This document shows positions 10,233 through 18,905 of a stretch of DNA of 64,000 bases, in pieces. The first letter of the stretch is position 1. Each line of letters begins with the position of its first letter. The stretch is from contig CAJJLZ010000005.1 of NCBI GenBank assembly GCA_905192745.1, forward strand, positions 6,038 to 70,037. Direction: 5' to 3'. The notes under the pieces were generated by a model. The model had not been told where the DNA came from. It made no database searches and saw only the letters and a list, made by a program, of their open reading frames with translations. Made by a program: the position numbers and the translations under genes. This DNA is from an uncultured Oscillospiraceae bacterium (GTDB taxonomy: Bacteria > Bacillota > Clostridia > Oscillospirales > Acutalibacteraceae).

Positions 10233-10264
10233 AGAAAAAAGGAACGGCCCGTTTATGCCGTCCC
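10233..10264 (-). terminator. Terminator of the membrane-anchored sigma factor gene
   Basis: GGGACGGC/GCCGTTCC stem with one mismatch, followed by TTTTTTCTCT on the minus strand. Confidence 0.55.
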
Positions 10265-10331
10265 TTCGAAAAATTTTCGGTATATTTGCAATGGCTGTCC
10301 CGTTCCGTCCGCTTTCCGGACCGGGCGCTTT

Positions 10332-11189
10332 TCACAGCAGCCGCAGAAAGAGCGTCGTCACTACCCCGGAGAGCGCGCCGATGATCGCTACCATTCCCGC
10401 GAGCCGTCGGATGGTTCGGTTTCGTTCCTTTTTCAAAAGCTGCCGAACGGCCCGCCGCTCGCATTCGGGGAGTTTGGCGTCGGCCAGATGACCAATCGCC
10501 GTCTGTATATTCAGGGCGGCCAGCATGTCCGCCTCCACCGCGTCGTTCAGCGCCGCTGCCAGAATACCGGTGGGGCTGCCGCCATAGAGGGGGCGGTCGA
10601 TTCCCTTTTCCTCCAGTATCCGCAAAACGCTGCGTTTGGCGGCGGTGAATCGGCTGCGGACGGTGCTGGGCGGTTCGTGCAGAGTGCGGGCGATTTCCGC
10701 AAGACGCATCCCGACAAAATAATACAGAATCAATACTTCGGCGTAGCGGGGATTCAGATGGGTGAGCACATCGGTCATGTCGGTGCGCAGATTGCTGCCG
10801 TCCATCTCGTCATAGACGGCGGATTCCGACAGGGCGCCCTCTTCCAGAGGAACCAGCCGCCGGCTGTCCGCATCGACGGCGCTTCGTACATCCCGCGCGC
10901 AGTTTTCCGCCGTGCATCTCAGCCAATTGTAAAAAGCCTCCGGATGACGGAGGGTGGGGAGGTATTTGAAGGCTTTGATATAGGTGTTCTGCAGGGCGTC
11001 GTTTACGTCCTCCTCCCGATGCAGGATTTCCCGGATCGCGCAGCGGATCGGCCGGCAGGTTGCCTGAAACAGGGCGGTGAAGGCTTCCTGGTCGCCGTCC
11101 ATCGCCCGGCGTACCAGTTTTTCATCACAGGGATACCGGCGTTTCGGAGCGGTCGGCCGTTCGGTTTTCTCCGCAGTGAATGCTTTCAT
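10332..11189 (-). CDS. Sigma-70 family factor with C-terminal extension ending in a transmembrane helix
   Basis: Sigma region 2-like (ALQNTYIKAFKYL...FYNWL) and region 4 HTH (RLAEIARTLHEPPSTVRSRF), then about 90 aa ending in MVAIIGALSGVVTTLFLRLL. I chose the ATG at 11189 because GAGGGG lies 8-9 nt upstream; the track ORF starts at a TTG at 11195. Confidence 0.75.
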   Translation of the reverse strand: MKAFTAEKTERPTAPKRRYPCDEKLVRRAMDGDQEAFTALFQATCRPIRCAIREILHREEDVNDALQNTYIKAFKYLPTLRHPEAFYNWLRCTAENCARDVRSAVDADSRRLVPLEEGALSESAVYDEMDGSNLRTDMTDVLTHLNPRYAEVLILYYFVGMRLAEIARTLHEPPSTVRSRFTAAKRSVLRILEEKGIDRPLYGGSPTGILAAALNDAVEADMLAALNIQTAIGHLADAKLPECERRAVRQLLKKERNRTIRRLAGMVAIIGALSGVVTTLFLRLL

Positions 11190-11315
11190 CGGCAAGTCCC
11201 CTCATTTCCCACTATATATCTATAAAGACCGTCTATTCCTCAAAAATCGACGAAAAAATTCACATTTTTTAAGAAAAATATTCCGATGGATTTATAAATA
11301 AAAAAGAACAAATGT

Positions 11316-11344
11316 TTGACTTTTGAAAAAAGAAAGCGTATAAT
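11316..11344 (+). promoter_or_regulatory. Candidate sigma-A promoter of the radical SAM gene
   Basis: TTGACT (11316-11321), a 17-nt spacer, then TATAAT (11339-11344). Confidence 0.5.
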
Positions 11345-11409
11345 GCAAACAAACGGAGGAATTTTCCGGTTTATGGACTTTGAAATACGGGTAAAGGAGG
11401 AGTGACGCC

Positions 11410-12651
11410 GTGGCGAATCTGATATTGCCGCCAACGCTGGAGGCGGAGGATAAAATCCGCCTGATTCAGGATTCCGCGCGGTTTGACATTGCGGACGCCA
11501 GTGAGCTGACCGCCGATGAGATTGCCGATCTGGAGACCATCCGCGCACCGCATACGCCTCCCACCGTTCCCAAGGTGGGGCTGTCCAACGATTGTATCTT
11601 TAACTGCTCCTACTGCAGCTGCCGCGCCGGGCTGGAATGCCGCCGGCGCTATACCTGCACCCTGCGGGAATTGGCGGAAATCGCCGTGCAGTCGGCCAAA
11701 AACAATCCGACCATGGGGGTATTCGTCACCTCCGGCATCTATAAAAACGCGGATTATACCGAAGAGCTGATCGTGGAAACCCTGCGGATTATGCGGCAGG
11801 AACTGCGATACAGCGGGTATATCCATGCCAAGATCATGCCGGGCGCCGATCCGGAGCTGATCGAGCGGGCCGGATGGCTTGCCGACCGGCTGAGCGTGAA
11901 TATCGAATTACCCCACAGCGAAGGATATGCCGTGATCGCCAAGCAGAAAAATAAAACCAATATTCTTACCCCGATGGGGGAAATCAGCCGTCGTGTCCGA
12001 AACCACGCCGGGGAAATCAACGCCGCCGGCCGCCGTTTTGCCCGCAGCGGGCAAACCACCCAGATGATCGTGGGGGCGATGAAGGAGACGGACCGCACCG
12101 CCATGACGCTTTCGGCGGCGTTGTATCGGAAATATCGGCTGCGGCGGGTGTATTATTCCCCCTTTCATCTGCCCCGTTCTTCTCACTTTGACTTTTTTCC
12201 GGAGGAAAACACCCCGCATTGGCGGACCCGCCGTCTGTATCAGGCGGATCGGCTGGTACAGCTCTACGGCTTTACGGTGGAAGAACTTCTGCCGGAAGAG
12301 GAACCCAATTTTCCCTTTGATCTCGATCCCAAAGCGGTTTGGGCGATGCGGCATCTCGATCAGTTCCCGGTGGAGGTGAATACGGCGGATTATGAAATGC
12401 TCCTTCGGGTACCGGGAATCGGCGTCACCTATGCCAAACGGATCCTTCAGGCCCGCCGCCTTCATGTGCTGACGCATGACCTTTTGCGAAAGATCGGCGT
12501 ATCCCTCAAACGCTGCCGGTACTTTATTACCTGCAACGGCAAATATACCGGCGGCCGTCTGCTGGATTCCCCGGCGCTGCGGCCGATGATCAGCGACGTA
12601 GCTTCCCAGACAAGGCTTTTCGGTCCGCTGCCCAACGCGAACGCCTCCTGA
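11410..12651 (+). CDS. Radical SAM protein of the putative DNA modification/repair type (TIGR03916-like)
   Basis: 413 aa. CIFNCSYC (CxxxCxxC) cluster and a C-terminal helix-hairpin-helix (LLRVPGIGVTYAKRIL). GTG start with AGGAGG 10 nt upstream. Confidence 0.7.
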   Translation: MANLILPPTLEAEDKIRLIQDSARFDIADASELTADEIADLETIRAPHTPPTVPKVGLSNDCIFNCSYCSCRAGLECRRRYTCTLRELAEIAVQSAKNNPTMGVFVTSGIYKNADYTEELIVETLRIMRQELRYSGYIHAKIMPGADPELIERAGWLADRLSVNIELPHSEGYAVIAKQKNKTNILTPMGEISRRVRNHAGEINAAGRRFARSGQTTQMIVGAMKETDRTAMTLSAALYRKYRLRRVYYSPFHLPRSSHFDFFPEENTPHWRTRRLYQADRLVQLYGFTVEELLPEEEPNFPFDLDPKAVWAMRHLDQFPVEVNTADYEMLLRVPGIGVTYAKRILQARRLHVLTHDLLRKIGVSLKRCRYFITCNGKYTGGRLLDSPALRPMISDVASQTRLFGPLPNANAS

Positions 12652-12680
12652 CGAGATAAAAGAAATAAAAGAGAAAGAAA

Positions 12681-12716
12681 AAACAAAAAAGGCCCCAATG
12701 CCTGCGCATTGGGGCC
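12681..12716 (-). terminator. Terminator serving the minus-strand gene relic
   Basis: GGCCCCAATG / CATTGGGGCC stem, followed on the minus strand by TTTTTTGTTTTTT. Confidence 0.6.
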
Positions 12717-12776
12717 TGCAATAACCGATGAAGGGCAATCCGCGTTGACGAGCCGGATCGTCGTCCGGCAGCGTTA

Positions 12777-12911
12777 CCGCTCCGTCAGGCGTTCCCGCAG
12801 CCGGCGGATATAGGAGGCGTTGCTTCCGCAGCAGCCGCCGATATAACGCACAAACTCCGCCGCCGGAAGTACATCCCGTATCCGCCCTCTCGCGCCCTGC
12901 TGTCCGAAAAA
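12777..12911 (-). pseudogene. C-terminal relic of a homocysteine S-methyltransferase domain gene
   Basis: This 45-codon open frame reads FFGQQGARGRIRDVLPAAEFVRYIGGCCGSNASYIRRLRERLTER-stop. The IGGCCG motif matches the end of Hcy-binding domains (compare the metH GGCCGTTPAYI in this window). There is no start codon or upstream coding sequence, but the terminator is retained. Confidence 0.5.
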
Positions 12912-13040
12912 TCATCCCGAAATCCGCGCATTCCGGATAGTATCAACACACTCTAGAATACACCGAAAAGGGAAAGCGTGTATAGAACAAATTCCGCAAA
13001 AACCGGAATTTGTTGCTTTGTCTTCCACAGCCCGCGAAAA

Positions 13041-13080
13041 ACAGAAAAACACGGCGTTCCATTTTTCGCCGTGTTTTTTC
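13041..13080 (-). terminator. Terminator of the CapD-like gene
   Basis: ACACGGCG / CGCCGTGT stem flanked by A and T runs, immediately after the stop at 13085. Confidence 0.6.
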
Positions 13081-13084
13081 CATT

Positions 13085-15073
13085 TTATTCAGCCGGGGAG
13101 GCTTCTTCCTTTTCGGCAGGAGTCTCCGCCGCGCCCTCATCGCCTTTTGCCTCGGACTCAAGATGCAGTTCCCTGTGCTGAAAGGTGGGAACCAGATCGT
13201 ACAGACGGCGGATGATGACCGCCACGTCTTCGTCGTTCATGACCTCTTTGAGCGCCCGCATCTTCCGGATGAAATCATCGATGTCCACCGGAATCTGATT
13301 GCCGATGAAAATTTTGTTGTTCATGGTGGACTGGAGACCCTCTTCATTCATCAGCAGCTCTTCAAACAGCTTTTCACCGGGGCGCAGTCCGGTAAAGACG
13401 ATGGGAATATCCCGGTAGGGTTCCTTCCCGTATTGACGGATCAGGTTTTCCGCCAGGGTGACGATTTTAACCGGTTCTCCCATATCCAGCACGAAAATTT
13501 CTCCGCCGTGCGCCATGGCGCCTGCCTGAAGGATCAGGGAAACCGCTTCGGGAATGGTCATAAAATACCGGATGATATCCGGGTCGGTGACGGTGACGGG
13601 GCCGCCTTCCTCGATCTGCTTTTTAAACAGAGGGATTACCGATCCGTTGCTTCCCAGCACGTTGCCGAATCGTACCGCGACATATTCCGTCCCGGTGGAC
13701 TGCTCCGCCATATACTGCATAATCATTTCGCAGCAGCGCTTGGTCGCGCCCATCACATTGGTAGGGTTAACCGCTTTATCGGTGGATACCAGAACAAATT
13801 TTTTCACCCGGTAGAGATCGGCGAGATTAGCTACGTTAAAGGTGCCGATCACGTTGTTTTTTACCGCTTCCTCCGGATTGGTTTCCATCAGCGGCACATG
13901 CTTGTGCGCCGCCGCGTGGAACACCACGGTCGGCTGGAAGGTGCGGAACAGCCGATCCATTTTCTTGAAGTCCCGCACCGACGCGATCTGAACGCTCAGG
14001 TTGATGGAATCCCCGTATTTCCGAATCAGTTCCTGCTGAATCTCATAGGCGTTGTTCTCGTAGATGTCCACAACGATCAACTGCTTCGGCCGGTATTTCA
14101 CAATCTGCCGGCAGAGCTCCGAACCGATGGAGCCGCCGCCGCCGGTGACCATGCATACTTCGTCCCGGATAAAGGCGGCGACGTCGCTGTTGTCGAAACG
14201 GATGGCTTTCCGTCCGAGCAGATCCTCCAGATTGATATCCTTGGCCTGACCGAGCAGACCGAGATCGCCGTCGATGGTCTCATGAATGTAGGGAAGAACC
14301 TTGATTTTGCAGTTGGTGTTGGAGCAGATTTGCAGAATCCGCTTCCGGTCCGCCTCATCGCAGGAGGGCATGGCGAACAGAATGGTATGGATGCCGAACT
14401 GCCCGCAAAGCGCCGGGATAACGTCGGTGGGGCCGTATACCTTAACGCCGCCGATACTGCGGCCGATTTTCTCCTTATTGTCGTCCACAATGCACAGCGG
14501 GTTATACCGGCAGTCCACCCGCTGCATTTCCTCCAGAATGCTTCGGCAGGCCTGTCCGGCCCCCACAATCAGCGTCGGCTCCCTCAGTTCGGTGGAAATA
14601 TGACGGTTCAGAGCGGTGTAAATATACTGATACAGCAGCCGCATTCCTACAATAGCGAAAACGGCAAGCAGAAAAGCCAGCACCATATAGATGTTGGACG
14701 GCATTTCGTGAAGAAGGGTCATAATCAGATAACTGACCGACGTCCCCAGAAAGAGGCTGGAGATAACCAGCAGAAAATTTTTCACCTCCGCATACCGCCA
14801 GATACTGCGGTAGGTGCCGCAGAGAGTAAGAGACAGGCTGTTGCAGAGGGTGAACAGAATCAGAGACCAATAGGTGTCCGAAACGGTCAGATGCACGATT
14901 GCCATGGTGTTGGAAAGAAAGAAGGAGGCGAAGCAGGCAAGACAGAGGGTGATTAAATCAATGAAAACCAACACAATTTTACGAATACTCATATTCCTCA
15001 TTCGTTTGCTCTCTCGTTTCCTTTTATTTTTCACGGTAAACAGCGGCTTGATTAGCTGCCGGACATCTCCCAT
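13085..15073 (-). CDS. Membrane-anchored polysaccharide biosynthesis protein (CapD/PglF-type NDP-sugar 4,6-dehydratase)
   Basis: 662 aa with N-terminal TM helices and two Rossmann-like segments (VGAGQACRS; VTGGGGSIGSEL). Acidic C-terminal tail. Alternative starts at 15001 or 14992 are possible. Confidence 0.85.
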   Translation of the reverse strand: MGDVRQLIKPLFTVKNKRKRESKRMRNMSIRKIVLVFIDLITLCLACFASFFLSNTMAIVHLTVSDTYWSLILFTLCNSLSLTLCGTYRSIWRYAEVKNFLLVISSLFLGTSVSYLIMTLLHEMPSNIYMVLAFLLAVFAIVGMRLLYQYIYTALNRHISTELREPTLIVGAGQACRSILEEMQRVDCRYNPLCIVDDNKEKIGRSIGGVKVYGPTDVIPALCGQFGIHTILFAMPSCDEADRKRILQICSNTNCKIKVLPYIHETIDGDLGLLGQAKDINLEDLLGRKAIRFDNSDVAAFIRDEVCMVTGGGGSIGSELCRQIVKYRPKQLIVVDIYENNAYEIQQELIRKYGDSINLSVQIASVRDFKKMDRLFRTFQPTVVFHAAAHKHVPLMETNPEEAVKNNVIGTFNVANLADLYRVKKFVLVSTDKAVNPTNVMGATKRCCEMIMQYMAEQSTGTEYVAVRFGNVLGSNGSVIPLFKKQIEEGGPVTVTDPDIIRYFMTIPEAVSLILQAGAMAHGGEIFVLDMGEPVKIVTLAENLIRQYGKEPYRDIPIVFTGLRPGEKLFEELLMNEEGLQSTMNNKIFIGNQIPVDIDDFIRKMRALKEVMNDEDVAVIIRRLYDLVPTFQHRELHLESEAKGDEGAAETPAEKEEASPAE

Positions 15074-15351
15074 TTTTCAATCCCCATTATATTACCATGG
15101 TTTCCGCCGTTCTGCAACAATATACAGCGCCGCATTTTCTGGCGCGCCGTCAGCCTTTGCCGGCGGCGCTGCTGAGAAATGCTGTCGCATTTCTTCCGAA
15201 CGACATTATACCATAGAAGGCGGCGGAGGAAAAGCCGATTGTCCGTACAAACCGCTTTCAACTAAAAAGACCGGCCGGGACAGGCAAAAAAGCGAAAAAC
15301 CGATCGGATTTTTTGATTTGCCGCCGGCTTTGCATTTTCCGGAAAAGTTTA

Positions 15352-15398
15352 CCGCGAAAAGAGCCGCCGAATACCGGTCAGGGCATTCGACGGCTCTT
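15352..15398 (-). terminator. htpG terminator
   Basis: 14-bp stem with one mismatch, followed by TTTTCGCG on the minus strand. Confidence 0.55.
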
Positions 15399-15416
15399 AG
15401 GGGCGGAAGCTTTCCG

Positions 15417-17300
15417 TCAGCGGGAAGCCATCAGGTCGCAGATCTGGCTGCTGAACGCCGCCGGATCGTCAATCGGCAGCCCTTCAATCAGCAGGGCCTG
15501 AGTATACAGCAGCTGCGCATACTCCCGCAGCTTATCCTTATCGCTGTCATAAAGAGAAACCAGCGTGCCGAAAATCGGGTGGGATTCGTTGATTTCCAGA
15601 ATCCGATCCGCCTGCACCTTGTTGTCGGTCGGCATCGCGTTGAGCACCTTTTCCATTTCCAGCGAAAGGTCGCCGCCGCTGGCGAGACAGACCGGGTGGG
15701 TCTTCAGCCGCTTGGACAGCCGGACTTCCTTGACCTTTCCGTCCAGCGCCTCCGTCATGAAACCGAAGAGCTCCTTATTCTCCTCCTGCAGCTTTTTCTC
15801 TTCATCCTTCTCCTCCGCCTCAAAACCGAGATCGCCGGAGGAAACCGAGCGGAATTCCTTGCCGTCGCTGTCGTGAAGCACCCGCAGGGCAAATTCATCC
15901 ACGTCGTCGGTGCAGTACAGAATCTCGTAGCCTTTGTCCCGAACCGCTTCGCTCTGGGGCAGACGGGCCAGCTTGTCCACGCTGTCGCCGCAGGCATAGT
16001 AAATGTATTTCTGCTCCTCCTTCATCCGGCCGACATATTCGGCCAGAGTGACCGGCTTTTCCTCGGTGGAGGAATAGAACATCAGCAGCTCCTGCAGCAC
16101 GTCCTTATGCTGGCCGTAGTCGGCGTAAACGCCGTATTTCAGCTGGAGACCGAAATTCTTGAAGAACTTTTCGTAATTCTCGCGGTCGTTGTTCAGCATG
16201 GCGAGCAGCTCGCTCTTGATCTTTTTTTCCAGCCGGGCGGCGATTACCTTGAGCTGGCGGTCGTGCTGAAGCATTTCCCGGGAAATGTTCAGCGACAGGT
16301 CCTGTGAATCCACCAGACCGCGGACAAAGCTGAAGTAATCGGGCAGCAGGTCGGCGCACTTATCCATAATCAGCACACCGCTGGCGTAAAGCTGAAGGCC
16401 CTTCTCGTATTCCCGGGTATAATAGTTGTAGGGCGCGCGGGAGGGGATGAAAAGCAGCGCGTTATAGGTGGCCGCGCCTTCGGTGCTGGAGTGGATAACG
16501 CGGGCCGGATTCTCGTAGTCGAAAAATTTCTCTTTGTAAAAGCTGTTGTAGTCCTCGTCGGTCAGCTCGTTTTTGTTCCGTTTCCAGAGCGGAACCATGC
16601 TGTTGACGGTTTCCACCTCGGTATAGCTTTCGTATTCGCCTTCCGCTCCCTCCTTCGGGCGGGATTTTTCGATCTCCATTTTAATCGGGTAACGGATGTA
16701 GTCGGAGTATTTCTTAATAATTCCCCGCAGACGGTAGGTATCCAGAAATTCGTCGTAATTATCCTCTTCGGTGTTCGCCTTGATGTTCAGGACGATGACG
16801 GTGCCGTGCCCATCCATCCCGCAGGGCTGGATGGTATAGCCGCTTGCCCCGTGGGACTGCCATTCGTAGGCTTCGTCCGCCCCGTAGGCGCGGGAGCGGA
16901 CGGTTACGCAGTCGCTGACCATAAAGGCGGAGTAGAAGCCCACGCCGAACTGGCCGATGATATCGACGTCCTCTTTGGCCTCGTTTTCCTTTTTAAAGGC
17001 GAAGGAGCCGCTTTTCGCAATGGTGCCGAGGTTGTTTTCCAGTTCCTCCTGCGTCATGCCGCAGCCGTTGTCCGTCAGGGTAAGGGTGCGGTTTTCCTTA
17101 TCCACATCCAGCCGGATAAAGAAATTGTCCCGGCTGACGCCGGTCAGCCCGTCGGTCAGCGAACGGTAATACAGCTTATCGATTGCGTCGCTGGCGTTCG
17201 AAATCAGTTCCCGCAGGAAGATTTCGCGATGGGTATAGATGGAATTAATCATCAGGTCGAGCAGACGCTTTGACTCGGCCTTGAACTGTTTGGTTTTCAT
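15417..17300 (-). CDS. htpG: Chaperone HtpG (Hsp90)
   Basis: Canonical Hsp90 N-terminus ([38 protein letters not shown]). I chose the start at 17300 by RBS spacing; the track ORF extends to 17336. Confidence 0.95.
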   Translation of the reverse strand: MKTKQFKAESKRLLDLMINSIYTHREIFLRELISNASDAIDKLYYRSLTDGLTGVSRDNFFIRLDVDKENRTLTLTDNGCGMTQEELENNLGTIAKSGSFAFKKENEAKEDVDIIGQFGVGFYSAFMVSDCVTVRSRAYGADEAYEWQSHGASGYTIQPCGMDGHGTVIVLNIKANTEEDNYDEFLDTYRLRGIIKKYSDYIRYPIKMEIEKSRPKEGAEGEYESYTEVETVNSMVPLWKRNKNELTDEDYNSFYKEKFFDYENPARVIHSSTEGAATYNALLFIPSRAPYNYYTREYEKGLQLYASGVLIMDKCADLLPDYFSFVRGLVDSQDLSLNISREMLQHDRQLKVIAARLEKKIKSELLAMLNNDRENYEKFFKNFGLQLKYGVYADYGQHKDVLQELLMFYSSTEEKPVTLAEYVGRMKEEQKYIYYACGDSVDKLARLPQSEAVRDKGYEILYCTDDVDEFALRVLHDSDGKEFRSVSSGDLGFEAEEKDEEKKLQEENKELFGFMTEALDGKVKEVRLSKRLKTHPVCLASGGDLSLEMEKVLNAMPTDNKVQADRILEINESHPIFGTLVSLYDSDKDKLREYAQLLYTQALLIEGLPIDDPAAFSSQICDLMASR

Positions 17301-17348
17301 CTCGGAGACCATTCCCTTCCTGGCGGCGGAAAGCACCGCCGCATCATG

Positions 17349-17375
17349 TTTAGCACTCTGTTTGCTTGAGTGCTA
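17349..17375. promoter_or_regulatory. CIRCE element (HrcA operator)
   Basis: TTAGCACTC-N9-GAGTGCTAA is a perfect match to the CIRCE consensus. It lies between the predicted -10 and the htpG start. Confidence 0.85.
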
Positions 17376-17381
17376 AACAAT

Positions 17382-17410
17382 ACTATAGCGCGGTTTGGCA
17401 TAAAACGCAA
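17382..17410 (-). promoter_or_regulatory. Candidate sigma-A promoter of htpG
   Basis: TTGCGT, a 17-nt spacer, then TATAGT on the minus strand, directly upstream of CIRCE. Confidence 0.55.
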
Positions 17411-17605
17411 GGGTTCGTCCGCCGGAAAATGTTAAAATTTTGAAAACAAAGGGGCCGCGAGGGGGATGTCCCGGAAAGACAGGATATTTTTCCAAAGCGG
17501 CGGTTATAGTAAACGGCGGGAAAGAACGGCATTTGACAGGACGGCGTACGGCGGGTAAACTGATAGCGGAAGCGCCGATAAAAAACGATGAAAAGGGGAA
17601 CATGG

Positions 17606-18673
17606 ATGAGAACGTTTCTGCGCCCGGCCGCCTTGCTGACGGCCGCCCTGTGTTTTCTGGCCGGCCTGACCGGCTGCGGCGGAAGGGGCGCGGCGGAGCG
17701 GTATGAGGCTTCTTATGTCGATCTGTTCGATACCGTGACCACCCTGACGGCTTATGCGGACGATCGGGCCTCTTTCGACCGCTGGGCGGCGGACGTCCAT
17801 GCCGCGCTGCTGGAATATCACCAGTTGTATGATATCTATAAGGAATACGAAGGCGTCGTGAACCTCTGCCGGATAAACCGAGAAGCGGCGTCCGCGCCGC
17901 TGGCGGTGGACAGCCGGATCCTCGGCCTGCTGGAAATGGGGAAGCAGGCGGGGGAGGAGACCGGCGGAAAGGTGAATGTGGCTCTGGGCTCTGTCCTGAC
18001 CCTGTGGCGGACCTGCCGGGAAGCGGGGCTGGCCGATCCGGCGAACGCCGCTCTGCCGTCTATGGAGACGCTCCGCGCGGCGGCGGAGCACATCGATCCT
18101 GCGGATATCGTGATCGACCGGGAAACGTCCACCGTGTTTCTGGCGGACCCTCTGCTGAAAATCGACGTGGGAGCGGTCGGCAAGGGCTATGCGGCGGAGC
18201 AGGTCGCCCGTTGGGCGGCGGAACACGCGGAGGAATACGGCGTGACCTCCGCTCTGCTGAACCTCGGCGGCAATATCCGCGCTGTCGGCGGCCGGGCGGA
18301 CGGCACGCCCTGGAAGGTCGGGATTCAGGATCCGAAGAAGGCGGAAACCGGCGGCCTGCTGATGCTGGTGGGGCTGGACGGAGAGGATGCGCTGGTCACC
18401 AGCGGGGATTATCAGCGGTATTACTCCGTGAACGGGAAGCGGTACGCGCATATCATCGATCCGGATACGCTGATGCCGCCGGAGTATATGTCGTCGGTCA
18501 GCGTGCTGTGTCCGGATTCCGGCCGGGCGGACGCTCTGTCCACCACCCTGTTTCTGATGCCGGTGGAGCAGGGGAAGGCGCTGGTGGAATCCCTTCCCGA
18601 TGTGGAAGCGGTATGGGTTGCAGCGGACGGGACGATTACCTATAGCTCCGGTTTTGAAGCCGGCGTGCTTTGA
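17606..18673 (+). CDS. apbE: FAD:protein FMN transferase (ApbE family) lipoprotein
   Basis: Signal peptide with lipobox LTGC and ApbE-type motifs (GAVGKGYAAE, TSGDYQRY, HIIDP). I preferred the ATG at 17606 (AGGGGA RBS) over 17588. Confidence 0.85.
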   Translation: MRTFLRPAALLTAALCFLAGLTGCGGRGAAERYEASYVDLFDTVTTLTAYADDRASFDRWAADVHAALLEYHQLYDIYKEYEGVVNLCRINREAASAPLAVDSRILGLLEMGKQAGEETGGKVNVALGSVLTLWRTCREAGLADPANAALPSMETLRAAAEHIDPADIVIDRETSTVFLADPLLKIDVGAVGKGYAAEQVARWAAEHAEEYGVTSALLNLGGNIRAVGGRADGTPWKVGIQDPKKAETGGLLMLVGLDGEDALVTSGDYQRYYSVNGKRYAHIIDPDTLMPPEYMSSVSVLCPDSGRADALSTTLFLMPVEQGKALVESLPDVEAVWVAADGTITYSSGFEAGVL

Positions 18674-18778
18674 AAAAAGGAACACGGACAAACGCCCCCT
18701 GACACAGGAAGACGGACGGATGCATTGGGACGCGGAGAAGGATTGCACGAAATTCTCTGTTTCAGGGAACGACGGCTC

Positions 18779-18807
18779 TTGTTTTCCTTGGATAGGGTTG
18801 GTATAAT
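18779..18807 (+). promoter_or_regulatory. Candidate promoter of asnS
   Basis: TTGTTT, a 17-nt spacer, then an extended -10 TGGTATAAT. Confidence 0.5.
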
Positions 18808-18905
18808 GGCATTCGGAAGAAATGTCAACGGCATTTTTGCCTTCCTGATGAAAAGGAAGCCGCCGGGCGTATATCCTGTCCGGCCGGCGAAAGGATGATA
18901 AGGAA

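Noticed and set aside
11373-11405. A 10-codon upstream ORF (MDFEIRVKEE) with a GGAGGA RBS, ending 4 nt before the GTG start of the radical SAM gene.
   Set aside because: It is too short to evaluate. Its GGAGGAG stop-proximal codons simply coincide with the RBS of the main gene. There is no evidence of a leader-peptide mechanism.
18674-18905. A possible T-box leader upstream of asnS.
   Set aside because: The conserved T-box sequence (GGTGGTACCGCG-like) and specifier-loop architecture are not present. Only a promoter and weak hairpins are seen.
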